From: Eledone cirrhosa
Taxonomy: Eukaryota
Reading direction: 5' to 3'
NCBI GenBank assembly: GCA_964016885.1
Contig: OZ024753.1
Location: forward strand, 25,544,001-25,608,000
Length of the DNA: 64,000 nucleotides
The translations under genes were made by a program, and so were the position numbers. The notes beneath the pieces were generated by a model, which worked only from the letters and a program-made list of their open reading frames with translations, was not told the origin of the DNA and did not search any database. This document shows, in pieces, positions 24,925 to 38,836 of this stretch; the stretch's first letter is position 1, and each line of letters begins with the position of its first letter.

Positions 24925-27900
24925 ACAGTGAACGCAATCAGTCGCATATTTTGGCGTGGGAGACTATTTATTAAATTTAAGATGAATACTATCTCCGACA
25001 GTAATGCCACAACTACAGTCATGTTCAATAGCTGGTTATTCTTCTAACTGTATCTTCTGAAGACACCTTTTATTCGAATTCATAGAGATATCTAACTAAA
25101 TACATAATTCATTTTACATGGATTTGCTACAAACAGCATGGCTGAACACAACATCAACAACAAAATTAAGGAAGTATCGAAGACAAACAACAAGAAAGGT
25201 AAACAAACTTTATTCAGTTGTAGCTACAGAAGAAACCGAAATTATAAATCGCATTTCTCTTGGAGTTGCGAACGTAATAATGATTTATTTAATTGTTATA
25301 AAATGGCAAAAAACAATCCCTCCATTGGCTATATGAACAGAATGAAGCTACACTGGGACGAAATGCACCGAGAGCTAAATTATTTCACAGCGAAACAATT
25401 ACGCCAACAAGCGACGTTTGTTGAGCATAAAAATAAGATAAACATTATTAATGGTAAGTCCCCCACAACAAACATGGGATCAACAACACGTGCTACAGGT
25501 CACCATGCTACTAGACCTCCTAGTAGCCAGGTCGAACAGCGCCTTGAAACAACTATGCCTGTAAGAAACTTGACACCACGTGTACCATCTAAGTCTACCT
25601 CGAATGATGGGGAACACACTATCGATAATAATAATAATCGAAGAAATAATAATAATAATCGAAGAAATTTGACACCACGTATACCATCCGAGACTACCTC
25701 GGATGTTGTGGAAAATACTATCGATAATGATAATAATCAAAAGTATAAACAATTGAAAGTTTCCCTCAACGAAATCTTCCAGAGAGAAATTAACTCATGT
25801 ATAAATATCTCTGTTGCTGAACGTATTAAAATGACAATATTTAATAAAAACCCAAATAATGAAATATTATGTGTTATTGACGAAATAGGGGATGAATATT
25901 TACGACGGATAAAAACCCCAACATTTTAGCAAATCAACGCCTGTTTATATGCCTTAGCAACAACAGTGAAGCATTATCTTGGTGATGGCAGAGATATTAA
26001 CAAGAACAAAACACCACCAAAAATACCATCATATATAACTAAAATAGATTGCTGACCTACGATAAACCATAGGATATGTGACAATGCTCCTTACATGCAA
26101 ACAAACACAAAAATACCTCACTCCTCACCAACAAAGAGTGAAAAATAAAATAGAGACGATGTTTGGTAACAGTAGAACCAGAACTCTCCAATATAAGCTG
26201 ATCACCCTCAAACAAGAATTGAGATCTGTTAGCGAAAAACGCCGATACCTGGAGAAGGTAGATGATAGAAAAGTGCTTAATAAAAGATTCTGACGAAACC
26301 AAACATCAGTCTATAGATATGAAGAACAACATAATAAGTATCACTGAAGCCCCATCCCAGAAAGACATAGATTCCTTTTGGAGCAAAATATGGGGTGAAA
26401 AGAAAAATTTCAACCAAGATGCAGTGTGGCTAAAAGAAATCCGAAAGAACTATTGCTGCTACACTACAACAAAAACATACGAAATAAGTGAGGGTACCCT
26501 TGAGACTGTGACAGAAAAACTCCAAGATAAGAAAACACCAGGAAGAGACTTGATTGTCGGCTACTGGTACAAAAAACTGATATTCTATTGGAGGTATCTT
26601 ACTGACATCTACCAACAAGTTCTTAAGGGAGATACACTTATACCAGAATGGTTGGCATTAGCACAAACATTACTGGCCCCCAAGATCAAAGACACCCACT
26701 TGGCAAAAAACTACCGACCCGTTGCATGCCAGAACCTGATGTATAAGATGTATACAGCCTGCCTGAACCTATTCCTCCAAGATCACTGTGAAAATAATAA
26801 CATCATCACAGATGAACAAGCAGCTGGAAAGAAAGGGGTTTGGGGATGTGCTGAACAACCCCTAATCAACAAAACTGCGATGTCGGAGATGCGACAACTT
26901 AGGAGGAATATGGCTACAGTCTGGCTGGACTACATGAAAGCTTTCGATTCTGTTCCCCACTCTTGGATGATAGAGGCCCTCCAACTTGCTAAAGTCCCAG
27001 ACATTATTGTCAGAGCCATAGAGAGGCTGCCTTTTTCTTGGGCTACTATCCTAAGGTTAAAGACAGAGAGGGAGGACTCTATTTTCACTGATAAGATAAA
27101 ATATCGCAGGGGTATATTTCAGGGGGACAGTCTCTCTGTGATATTATTCATCTTGTCATTAAACCTCTTGTCCTTTCTGCTCAAGAAATGTGAGGGATTC
27201 ACCATTGGCTCACAGGAGGACAGAAATAGGAACCTAACCCATAATTTCTTTGTGGACGATCTGAAACTCTATGCCAAGAACATGGATGGGATGAAGAAAA
27301 ATCTTGACCTGGTTACAACGTTCTCAAAGGATATAGGAATGGAGTTTGGCCAAGATGAATGCTCATACATGACTGTAAAGCAGGGAAAAACAACAACCCA
27401 ATCTAGCAACATTGTCACAATGGCCTAACTGTTTCACCGATATCTGATGAGGACTGCTACAGATACCTGGGGATAGATGAGAACATATCCTATAATGGTA
27501 TCTGTAATAAGGAACATCTAACCAGGGAATACTACACCCGATTAAGAAAGATTTAGTCATCGGAACTCTGTGCAAAACAAAACAGTGGCTCACAATGTGT
27601 TTGCTGTGCCTGTCCTAACACCAACGTTTGGAATACTCAATTGGACGATAGACGAAATCCGAGCAGTTGATGTTGGAACTCAAAAAATACTAAACAACAC
27701 CGGAAACTTCCACATCAACGGTGACATAGACCGCCTTTACTTGAAACATAAGCAGGGGGGCAGAGGCCTAACATCAGTCCAGACAGCATTTGAATGTCGC
27801 ATCATATCCCTCCGACAACATCTACGAACCTCGAAGCATAGGAGCCCGTCTATGTGCATGTAACAGATAAGATCATGAGAGTTGGGAAGGAACTCCTCGA

Positions 27901-29024
27901 GAGATATTCCCTGTGTGATAATCAAAACTCACACCCACGGAAATTTTCCAGCAGTATCGCAGTGAATCCATGGATGAAAAACTGCATGCTTATCAGCAGA
28001 AAATCATGCATTGATATGTTGCCAGGAAGCTCCAGAGTGAGAGTAATATAGATAAGGAAAGTAGTCTATCTTGGACCAACAACCGATATATTGGCTCCCG
28101 CTTTGAAGGATTCAGTTATGTAATCCAAGAACAGGAGATTAGCATGAAATACCTGATTCACAAAAGAGATAGGGATGCAGGCAAAACACCTAGATGTGAT
28201 AACAAGTGCAGACTCTGCAGAACTAACATCGAGGATATCACCCATGGCATCAGCAGCTGTCCAAAGATACCATCGCGGTACTATCTACCTATGAGGCATG
28301 ATGTAGTGGCCAAAACACTGAACAATGCAATCCGTAAAAAAGATAGCCCCGATAATAAACACATTAAAAGCTACAGCAATGTGGAAGACATCCACGTACA
28401 TAATATGAAAGAGTACTGGTGGAATGTTCCAGTAAAAACCCCAATAAAATGCAGGCATAACAGACCAGATATTATGATATGGGACAGGGAGAAGAAAGCA
28501 TGCACAGTAGTGGAAATTAGCTGCCCAGCAGATGCCAATATAATATCAAAGATTAGCGAAAAGGAGAATATTTATGCAGAACTGATGAGCAATCTGCAGA
28601 TACTCCACCCTGATTACACCTTCAGATTTATGCCTGTGATTATTGGGGCACTGGGGTATGTTAGTAACTGCCTCAATACAAATCTTGAGAAGCTAGGCTT
28701 CACAGGAACAGAAAGAACACAGCTAGTTAGGAAATTACAAGTACAATCCATTAATGGAACAGTAAAAATATGTAAAACATTCCAAAAGTTTTGCATCTAA
28801 TAACTGCATATGCACATGTACCGATACAAAGCATATACACATGCACACATACAACTCAAAACATACACATCCACACATTCAATAACATCCATATCTACAC
28901 ATGCAGACATACATATCTACCTAGTTGATGTTGTGTAAATTCCAATGAGAGAGTCTCGTGTCTATATTAGAAACCAACTCCTTCTCTATTGGGAAAAATT
29001 TGTGAAATTATAAAACCAGAAGAA
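24925..29024 (+). mobile_element. Near full-length R4/Dong-like non-LTR retrotransposon (RT + CCHC + restriction-like endonuclease), disrupted
   Basis: RT motifs NYRPVAC, WLDYMKAFDSVPH, GIFQGDSLS, FFVDDLKLY; CRLC..THGISSC knuckle, RHD, HNRPD..VVEISCP..K..Y RLE motifs; flanked by (TACA)n. Confidence 0.9.
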
Positions 29025-29363
29025 CATACATACATACATACACACACACAAATATACACACACGCATAAACACACACACATACATACACACATACGTACA
29101 TATACACACACATACATGCACACACAGACTCACGCGTGCACACACAGAGAGTTACAGATGATGTTGCTTTTGAGTGAAAACAGAAATTGTTTGCTTCACC
29201 TGTTAATCTGTGTTAATAATAAACAATTACTCTGGGTTTATATATCAAGATGGCCGACTCAATACGTATGTTAAGGTTTTTTGTCCCTAATTTTTTTCAC
29301 ATTTTCCCTGTTCCTTCATATCATCACTCTTTACTTTCTATTTATCTTCTATTTCTAACTCAA

Positions 29364-29399
29364 TCTTCTGATGAAGGACTAGTGTCTGAAATGTTAAGA
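29364..29399 (+). ncRNA. Degenerate minimal hammerhead motif in old PLE-type end
   Basis: TCTT-CTGATGA-A-GGAC-TAGT-GTCT-GAAA-TG-TT-AAGA; more decayed homolog at ~12202-12230. Confidence 0.55.
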
Positions 29400-29494
29400 C
29401 CCTCTTCCTGCTATTTCAAGTGTTAAACTAATATATTTCTTCCATATACTGTGTCATTGGTTTTGTTATTACTTTTAAATTCATATATATATAT

Positions 29495-29817
29495 GGCTTA
29501 GTGGTTAGAGCATTGGGCTTGCAATCGAAAGGTTGTGAGTTCAATTCTCGGACCGGGTGATGTGTTGTTTCCTTGAGCAAGACACTTTATTTCACATTGC
29601 TCCAGTTTACTCAGCTGTAGAAATGAGATGATAGGGACTGGGGTCCCTATCATTCCACTGCAAAGTGGTTGTGGAGGTGCCACGGCAAAAAAGCACCCAG
29701 CACTCACTGTAAATGAGGTTGGTGTTAGGAAGGGCATCCAGCTGTAGAAATCAAGCCAGAATCAGTTCCCGTCGCACCCTTGCAAGCAGGGAAAAGCGGA
29801 CGTAAATGATGATGATA
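29495..29817 (+). mobile_element. tRNA-derived SINE with RTE-like tail
   Basis: TGGCTTAGTGGTTAGAGC A box, AGTTCAATTC B box, GTTAGGAAGGGCATCCAGC tail, (TGA)n end; near-identical to 45743-46078. Confidence 0.88.
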
Positions 29818-29834
29818 TTGTATTTTAAACCAAG

Positions 29835-31115
29835 TAATACGAGAGGGTGTCATGCCGAATGATTGGCACAGCAGCATCATTGTCAACTGCTACAAGAGTA
29901 AAGGAGATCCACTAGATAGAGGAAACTGTAGAGGTATAAAACTGATGGACCACGTCATGAAAGTAACAGAAGAGTCATAGCACACATGTTTAGGGACCGG
30001 GTAAATCTGGATGAGATGCAGTTTGGATTTGTGCCAGCAAAGTTAGGGTTAACAATGATTATAGCGAGGAATATAGCATACAGGTCGGTGTCCACCAGGA
30101 CTCAGTTCTTAGTCCTCTCCTGTTTATTATCATATTGCAGGCTATAACAGAGGAGTTTAAGACCAAATGCCCATGGGAACTTCTGTATGCAGATGATTTT
30201 ACACTCATATCTGAATCTATGATAGAAGTAGAGAAGAAATTCCAAACATGGAAGTAGGGCCAAGAAAGAAGGGATCTTAAAGTCAACCTGACAAAGACTA
30301 AGGTCCTAGTAAGTAGAAGAGAAAACAGAACCCAGATCCCCTTGGGGAAATGGTCTTGCTCAGTATGTAGAAAAGGTGTAGGTAGAAACTCCATCCTCTG
30401 CCCCATATCAAACTAAAGGTACACAAGAGATGTAGTGGGATCTCAAGAAGTTTAGCTAGGTATATAGTCTTTACATGTAGCAGTTGCAACAGGAGAGTAA
30501 ACAGCAAACGACTGCAGGGAACAAGTGCTGCCAAATTCTGGGAGGGCCCTGTAGAAACAGTAGACAGCTTCTGTTACTTAGGTGACTGAATTAGCAGCGG
30601 TGGTAGGTGTTCTGAAAGTACAGTAGCCAGAGTAAGACCGGGATGGAGGTAGTTCAAGGAACTGCTACCACTGCTGGCTACAAAAGGCTTCTCCCTCAGA
30701 ATGAAAGGCAGATTGTATGATGCGTGCATACAAACAGCAATGTTCCATGGTAGTGAGACCTGGGCACTGTGTGCAGAAGACTTGTGTAGATTGGAAAGAA
30801 ATGAACCTTGCATGCTCTGATGGGTGTGTAATAGTAAACTACGTGAATGGCAAAGCATAAATGAACTGAGAGAGAAACTAGGCATAAGAGGAATCAAATG
30901 TTGTGGGCAAGAGAGGAGGTTGTGATGGCATGGACATGTGATGCGTATGAAGGATGACAGCTGCATAAAAAGGTGCAGAGTGCTCAAACAAAGCTAAAAT
31001 CAGTTCTGTATAAGGAAGGCATGGATGGCCACCTGACCTAGCATTTCCCACAACAGGACAACTTGTCTAACCCATGCTAGCATGGAAGAATAGACGTAAA
31101 ACGTTGGTGATGATA
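29835..31115 (+). mobile_element. Decayed RTE LINE 3' half
   Basis: Encodes QFGF, GVHQDSVLSP, LLYADD, HGSETWA; (TGA)n tail. Confidence 0.88.
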
Positions 31116-31532
31116 TATAACCCTTATTGAGTTCTCTCTGGATTTTGGTCTTTGTATTTATTATTATTACTATATATAAATATATACGGACATTTTGTCA
31201 TCCCTTGTGACATGCAGAGTGTTTGGGGTGCATTTTATCATGGTTTTAGAGAATGTATGAGGTGTATTCCATCGTGTCACCAGTACTAGAGAGGTTGTCA
31301 TATTCTCTGCTCTGATATTCATCCTTGTGGGTTGACTATTTCTTTAAAAACTTTGCCATGAGATAATCAATGGATGTCTATGAAGTGGAAGATTTATGAT
31401 TTCTTCTTGTTATTTTAAAGAATATATCCTTTTAATTTAAACCCATATTATTTAATCATCATCATCATCATTTAACATCCTAGCCAGCATTTGACAAGGC
31501 CTAATTATTTAAATCTAAATACTGGTAATTGT

Positions 31533-31875
31533 GAAGGCACATGGTTTAGTGTTTAGAGCGTTGGCCTTACAATTGTGAGATTGTAAGTTCAATTTCCAGA
31601 CTGGGCAGTGTGTTGTGTTCTTGAGCAAGACACTTTATTTCACGTTGCTCCAGTTCACTCAGCTATTGAAATGAGTTGCGACGTCACTGGTGTCAAGCTG
31701 TATCAGCCATTGCCTTTCTCTTGGACAACTTCAGTGGCATGGAGAGGGGAGACTGGTAGACATGGGTGTCTGCTGGTCTTCCACAAACAACCTTGCCTGG
31801 ACTTGTGCCTCAGAGAGGAGCTGTCTAGGTATAAATCCCATAGTCATTAGTGACCAAAGGAGCTCTTTCCTCTTT
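31533..31875 (+). mobile_element. tRNA-derived SINE
   Basis: A/B boxes and TGTGTTCTTGAGCAAGACACTTTATTTCAC body. Confidence 0.82.
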
Positions 31876-32257
31876 ACTGGTAATTATGTAAATGTTCAGA
31901 CTTCATTAAATTTCTAATTTAAAATGTAATTCAAAGATAAATATCAAAATAATCTTGTATTGAGTCTTCCTTTTAACAAACTTCTCAACTTTCTCCTGTA
32001 GGTTGTTTTACAAAGCCATTTCTATAAAAACAAAAACAAGGGAAATTAAAAGAAGAAAAAGAAAAAAGAATCAAGCAACTAAAGAAAGGGAGAGGGGGAG
32101 GGACTCTACTAGACCCAAGTCTGAGCACACCCTAAGGCATTATTGAATGGCTAGAGACTCCCGCTGTACCAGTCACCCCTATCTTAACTTGTCGGGGTTA
32201 TCTCCAGATGGAGTCAAAGAGGTGCCCATCATGATGTGGTTTGGAACCCTTAAATCT

Positions 32258-32500
32258 GGTAGAATGTCTCAGGACATAATCACTGGACAGATTTTACGGG
32301 AAAAACCAACCGGCAAGAGACCCAGGGGTAGACACCGATCAAGATGGTTGGATAACATCCATGAGCTTGGCTGGTCTCACTTGGGGATCCAGTGGGGTCA
32401 GTTTGAGATGGTTGTTTCTAACAGGACCTGCTGGAAGGAGTGTTTGAGGACTGCCCCCACGACCCTCTCAGGAATAAGTGGGCGAGAGAAAAGAAGAAGA
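32258..32500 (+). mobile_element. RTE-clade LINE 3' fragment
   Basis: RMSQD..GKRPRGRHRSRWLDNIHELG, (AGA)n end. Confidence 0.78.
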
Positions 32501-33094
32501 AGGATTTTATCAGACCTTTCTCTCTTCAATGGAACCATTTTATATAAAACTAGTAGAGATACCCGGTGATTCCTGGGTATTTTATTAAAGTTATAATATT
32601 TGACAATTGAAATATGATTGCTGAATTTTAATTAAAGTAGGAATTATAGCAGAATATTTATTGCCATTTGTTTAAAGCAAATCATGTAGATAAAGATATT
32701 ATTAGTTTTGTCCAGTGGTGATTTTTTTTAATACTGCTCCCTATTACAGTCATCATATATAATGCTTCACACTTGAAAGAATCATTAGGTATGTTGTCAG
32801 TGAAAAGGGCATGACCCCAAAAAATAAATTTAGATTTTATTTATTCTTTCTTTTTGCACAATCAGAACCTCTGAAATTCAAACAAAATATGAAGGCTATT
32901 TTAAAAAGCATAAATAAAATAAAATAAATAAATAAATTTACCATTGGTTTATGAAAGAATGAAGAATTTACTTACTCATTTCTGTAATTCAGTAAAGTTT
33001 ATTTATGTGTGTGAGTATGGTAAATATATACATATACACCAGGAACCAAACACCCACTGTCACTGCCTCCATCTCTCCCGATCTCCCCATCACT

Positions 33095-33362
33095 CACTAT
33101 TATGAGCAAATGGAGGCCGACGCACTGGCCGCCCAGCAGCCCTGGCGCTCGGAATAGAGGTGAGGGAGACGCGCTGGAAAATCCATTCCGGCTTGCGAGG
33201 CTCAGCCCTGCAGGTAGTGCCGATGGTGGTGAGTTTGGAGGTAGCCCTAGAGCAAAGGACACCAGAAGACTCCATTGCTATGGGCTCAACAACAAACCTG
33301 TCGGAGAGCGATCGATATTTGGAGAGTTTCCCTCCATGGCCCAAAGTGCGGCAGAGCCTGGG
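33095..33362 (-). mobile_element. CRE/SLACS-like RLE retrotransposon C-terminal fragment
   Basis: KLSKYRSLSDRFVVEPIAMESSGVL resembles the K..KY...F.P.A.E..G end of CRE-clade endonucleases. Confidence 0.6.
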
Positions 33363-33917
33363 TTAATTAAAATTTTTACACTGTAGCTTTCACCAACTTT
33401 TACCTCTATGGCAATAGGATCTTGTTTGAGGGAGATTTGTTTTCTATTTCTTTTAGGTACGCCAACAGTTATCGTGGCTTCCATGACATACACACACACA
33501 CATGCATGTGTGTGTAAGACTGTTCGCTGTGATTTAAAATGGATTTTGCTAATATTTCTAGTACATGGAGGTGTCACATACAACCTTTCCTTTTTGCTTC
33601 ATATATATATATATATACATAAGACAGTAGACTCGGATATTTATGTCTCTAACTTAAGTTCGGTGATAAACACACTCAAACACAACACACTTGTCTCTAA
33701 TTTAAGAACGCCGAGACACATTCGCGTGCACACACACCCGCTCACATACACAGTCTCATTACGACTTTTGTGAAAGAGAGAGAAAGAGAAGTAACGTTAA
33801 GAAAGGAGTTAGTTAAGAAGCGTTTAAAAAGATAAATAAATAAAAGTTAGTTATCGAACTATGCTATCATTTCTGTTTTCTTCCTCTCTCCTCCCTAATC
33901 GCCCCTCTCTCTTTTTT

Positions 33918-33955
<38 letters not shown>

Positions 33956-34213
33956 CCTCTCTTTCTCTACAGAATGAAGAACAAAAAAACAAATAAATTG
34001 TTGCCTCGTTTTGGAGGACTGAGTTGTGGGAGGAGGAAAGGGAGTAGTAGGAGGGAGGGTTTAATGTCCCCAGGGGTTGCATTATTGAAATTCTATTAGC
34101 CAGTCCTGTTACTGAATATTAGGTTAACATGTGTGTAAAGTTTCATCAGGATCAGTTCACTGGTTTAGACGCCAACTGGTTATACACAGATACACAGACA
34201 GAAATTGCCATTT

Positions 34214-36727
34214 CATCATCATCATCATCATCATCATTTTACGCCCGCTCTTCCCTGCTTGCAAGGGTGGGACGGGTCTTATTCAGCACAGCATCTCTCC
34301 ACTTGTCACGGTCGTTCGTCATCTCCACCATGAGCTTCAGCGATCTGAGGTCTGTTCTCACCACCTCCGCCCATGTTTTTCATGGTCTACCTCTGCCACG
34401 TCTTCCTTCAACTGGCATTTCCTGGCACTTCTTCACCCATCGGTCATCCTCCATGCGCATCATATGTCCATACCACCTCAGTCTCCTCTCCCGTACACTA
34501 CATTCTATCCCTCTCAGACACAGTTTCTCTCGCAACACATTCATGCTGGGTCGTTCGCGCACATTGACACTGCACATCCAACGGAGCATCCTTGCCTCAT
34601 TTCTCTCCAGCCGTCGCATATCCTCTGCAGTTACTGCCCATGTCTCACTACCATGCAGCATCACGCTCCTCACACAGGCACCATATAACCGGCCTTTCGT
34701 ACACAAGGAGAAACCCTTCTTTCTCAGCAGAGGAAGCAGCTCCCTAAACTTCTTCCAGCCCGTCATTATTCTAGATACTATGGCCTCGGACCCCCCACCC
34801 CCCCTCCATGCTAATCTGATCTCCTGGTACCGGAAGCTATCCACCACTTCTATAGCACCCACCTGCATTTGAAATATGTGTCTATCAATGCGACTTCTAC
34901 TGTCTAATTTCCCTGTATATCTGCATACATATTTCTCCCTACCTGTTAGTTTGCCTGCTATCCCGCTACATCTCTTGTGTACCCAGCATCTGCATTGTAT
35001 GCATTTTATAGAATTTATGCCAGTTCCTTTTCTGCATATCGAACATGGCCATTTCCCTGACGGAATCAGAGTTTTGTCCTCTTTTCTACTCATCAACACT
35101 TTTGTCTTAGCTAGGTTCACTCTCAGTCCTCTTGCTTCCAACTGCTGTTTCTATAGCCAGAATTTATTCTCTAGCTCCTCTACTTATTCTGCTATAAGAA
35201 CCAGATCGTCAGCATAGAGAAGTTCCCATGGACAGCCAGTCTTAAACTCCTCTGTTATGGCTTGGAGGACTATAATGAACAAGAGCGGGCTGAGGACCGA
35301 ACCTTGATGTACTACTTGTATCTCACTAAACTCTATTCCTACCCTGACTTTACTGACAGTACCTCTGTACAAAGTTTGCACTGTTCTCACAAGCCATTCC
35401 TCAACACCTAGTTTCCTTAGGGACCACCAGATGACAGATCGGGGTACCCTATCAAAGGCCTTCTCTAGGTCAACAAAGGCTAAGTATAGTGGCTTATTTT
35501 TCTCTAAGAACCTCTCTTGTAATTGTCTCACCAAGAAGAGGGCATCTGTTGTACTCTTCCCAGGCACAAAACCAAACTGCATCTCATCTAGTTTGACCCT
35601 TTCTCTAATTAGTTGTGCTAATATCCTTTCTGCCACTTTCATAACATGATCCATCAGTTTTATACCCCTATAATTGCTCCTCTCCAGAGCATCCCCTTTA
35701 CCTTTGTAGCAATTTATGAGAATACTGCTGCACCAGTCTTTGGGTATGACAGCACCATATATAGCCTGATTGATAATGCGTGCAAGCAGTTTAGTGCCTA
35801 CGTCCCCTGATGCCTTCAGCATCTCAGCAACTGTCCCCGATGGTCCAGCAGCCTTACCATTTTTCATTTCCTTAATCGCCTCTTGGACCCTATATTCGTC
35901 AATCTCAATAGCTGGTCCCTCTGTCTGATCTACTGAGGGTAATTTCTCTCTCTCCCATTCGTCCTCCACATTCATCAGTCTCTCATAATGACATTTCCAG
36001 GCCTCCTTTTTCTGATCATTCATGACACTAAGTACACTGGCATCATTCCAGACACATTTATCTCCAACAACATCCTGATTTTCATTGATACACTGCCTTG
36101 CAATGTGGAACACCGCATGCCTCTGATCTTACCATCACAGAACATTGGCAAACCTCCTACTCTCAGCCTCCCTGTGTGCTAAGTACACCTGACGTCTAGC
36201 TTCTCTCTTAGCGGCTGTATATCCTTCCCTACTCCCACCCTTTTTCCAAGCCTTCCATGCTAGTCCTTTGTCTCTAATGGCCTTATCTACTGTGCTGTTC
36301 CACCACCAGGTCACTCTCTGTCTGGTTGGAGTAAGTTGTCACGTAAGAAATTCCAGTTATTATCTATGTCATACATCTCTAAATCGTCTTCTTTTTCGTC
36401 ATACACATCTTGAAGGGCTTTCCTAAATTTATATTTTAGTGAAAGGTCTTTTAGCTTCCAGACCTTTCTTCTCCACACCTTCCTGTATGTCTCATTCCAT
36501 CTCTTGCTTACTGAGATATCACTAACGACTAACCTATGCTGTGGGGTACATTCTTCCCCAGGGTATGCCTTGGTATTAGACACTATCTGCCTGTCTGGCT
36601 GCCTAACTAGTAAGAAGTCAATCTGGCTTATGTGCTCGCCAGATTTGAAGGTTATTAGGTGGTTGGCAGGTTTCTGGAAGTTAGTGTTGCAAATAGTCAG
36701 TGTACTTGCATCACAAAATTCAAGATG
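34214..36727 (-). mobile_element. RTE LINE (APE-RT, PHD-like insert), with 5-bp flanking duplication CATTT
   Basis: ORFs 36311-36730, 35184-36113 and 34380-35141 with APE and RT motifs; (TGA)n tail. Confidence 0.95.
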
Positions 36728-37047
36728 CATTTATATAGTAAATTTGGCATAACATATGTATTATGATATCAACATCTTTAAATATAAATTTATCATTAGA
36801 TATTGTTATTTGGATTTGTTACAGAGGCCAAAATGAGTGAAAAGATGAACATAACATCACTTTAAAAATAGCTTTATATTTACATAAATTATCCAAAGAT
36901 TAAGAATTTACAGAGAGCAAGTAAACAGAGGGAGACAGAAAGAAACAGAAAAAAAGTGGTAGAAGACTTGTGCAATAAAGGGTGCTGGATTTGTTATTCT
37001 CTAATAACTTTTGAGGCAAGCCAACCCACTCGTGGCATTGCTGTAGG

Positions 37048-37243
37048 TTCTTATCAAGCATGACATTGTTTTTGTTATTGTCGGTGGCCCACCTTAGCAA
37101 TGTTTCAGGTGAATGCTCCTAAGGTTATTTTAGTTTTGCTATTATAATACTGGTTAAACCAAGTAACTGTAGGAGCATTCACATGAAATGTTGGTAAGGT
37201 GAGCCAGTGACAATGACAAACAAAAAATTCATGCTTGATAGGA
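37048..37243. repeat. Old fold-back (diverged inverted repeat), probably PLE-derived
   Basis: TATCAAGCATGA..GTTTCAGGTGAATGCTCCTA versus TAGGAGCATTCACATGAAATG..TCATGCTTGATA. Confidence 0.65.
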
Positions 37244-37354
37244 AAAAAGTAAATTTAATAATTTTAAATAGAAAATATCTTTCTTTTTAAAATGATCACA
37301 CTCTAGTTGACATCAGGAAAGTATAGCTTTCAAACAAGCAGGTAATATAATATA

Positions 37355-37757
37355 ATTGTTTATACCTTTTGGAACAAGGCTAGCAATATCCCCAGTGAAT
37401 TACTGGTACTTTATTTTATCGACCCCATAAGGATGAAAGGCAAAGTTAAACTCGGCGAAATTTGAACTCAGACCGTAAAGGGACACACCTCTATGGTGTA
37501 AAGTATAGCCTCCGACCCTCTACCGATACTGCCAATCCACCGCCCTCCATTGTTTTCCAGAAAATAATTGTTTCTACTTTTGGCACAAGGCCAGCAATTA
37601 CTCCAGTGCATTACTGGTACTTTATTTTATTGACCCCATAAGGATGAAAGGCAAAGTTAACCACGGTCGGATTTGAACTCAGAATGGCAAGGGCCGTAAC
37701 TCGATGTGTCAAAGCATGGCGTCCGACCCTCTACCAATACTGCCAATATACCGCCCC
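37355..37757 (-). mobile_element. Two tandem Meta-domain-like SINEs
   Basis: Shared body at 37355-37547 and 37566-37757. Confidence 0.8.
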
Positions 37758-38002
37758 AGAAAATAATGAGCATCAGCTTGTATGGGATAGGTATATAGGT
37801 AAAATCATCATCATTTTATATCTGTTGTTCCATGGGTTGAACAGGTCCTTCTCAGCATCTCTCCACTTGTATCATTCCTTCTTCAGCTCCTCTGTGAGCT
37901 TTAGTGATCTAGGATCAACTCTCACCACTTCCATCAGGTCTTCCTTGGTCTTCCTATGTTGTGGCTTTACTTGGGATTTACTTGGCAATCATCATCCATT
38001 AG

Positions 38003-38193
38003 CATCACATGTCCATACCAACACAGTCTCCTCTTCCCTGCACACTGCTTGTGACATCACATGTCCATACCAACACAGTCTCCTCTCCTGCACACTATTT
38101 GTGACATCACATGTCCATACCAACACAGTCTCCTCTCCTGCACACTGCTTGTGACATCACATGTCCATACCAACACAGTCTCCTCTCCTGCAC
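38003..38193. repeat. 50-bp minisatellite derived from RTE ORF
   Basis: CATCACATGTCCATACCAACACAGTCTCCTCTCCTGCACACTGCTTGTGA x~4; antisense of the RTE ERRL.WYGHVM region. Confidence 0.85.
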
Positions 38194-38547
38194 ATTACTT
38201 GGTTTTCCTCTTAATCTAATTGGTGAGTGAATTTCAGTAATCACTGCATTATACCTGTAATTCAATTAAGTCCTGTCTCTATTCAATTTATCACACTGCT
38301 GTACACCTGTGAAAACTATTTATTCATACAAAAATCCATTGTAGTCACTGGCTGGTTACTAATTTTCTAATGAAATGTAATACTTCTGGGTAGAATTTCA
38401 TTGTATCCATCAGAAATGCAACAAAATCAAACCAATTATTAACACCAGGGATGAACTTTCACATGCTGAAGCCATAACCTAAGATATATGAAATTTGAGA
38501 ATCTACTCTAAAAAAACACGATTATTAATTTTTTTCATCATCATCAC

Positions 38548-38836
38548 CATGTAGGTGTCACAACTGAAAACACCCAGTCCACACTGTAAAGTGGTCATGT
38601 AGGTGTCACAACTAAAAACACCCAGCCCACACTGTAAAGTGGTCATGTATGTAGGTGTCACAACAAAAAGCACCCAGTCCACACTGTAAATGTGGTTGGT
38701 GTTAGGAAGGGCACCGAGCCAGAATCACTTCTGTAATGAGCAAGACATGGTCACCTGACCTGGCTTGGCTACCAACGGGTCAACTCATCTAACCCATGCT
38801 AGTGTGGAAAATAGATATTAAATGGCGATGATGATG
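38548..38836 (+). mobile_element. SINE/RTE tail with three tandem ~50-bp duplications
   Basis: GTAGGTGTCACAAC..CACCCAGTCCACACTGTAAA x3, then GTTAGGAAGGGC and a (TGA)n end. Confidence 0.75.

Larger units (their letters stand above)
32549..36741 (+). mobile_element. Helitron/HINE-like element with nested insertions
   Basis: Start ACTAGTAGAGATACCCGGTGATTCCTGGGT; AAAGTTTCATCAGGATC..ACAGACAGAAATTGCCATTT at 34138-34213 resumes as CATTTATATAGTA at 36728 after an RTE insertion. Confidence 0.55.

Noticed and set aside
29245-29260. YY1-like CAAGATGGC motifs (also 4761, 3000, 9893) as a host promoter
   Set aside because: Short motif, mostly inside transposon sequence, with no supporting first exon
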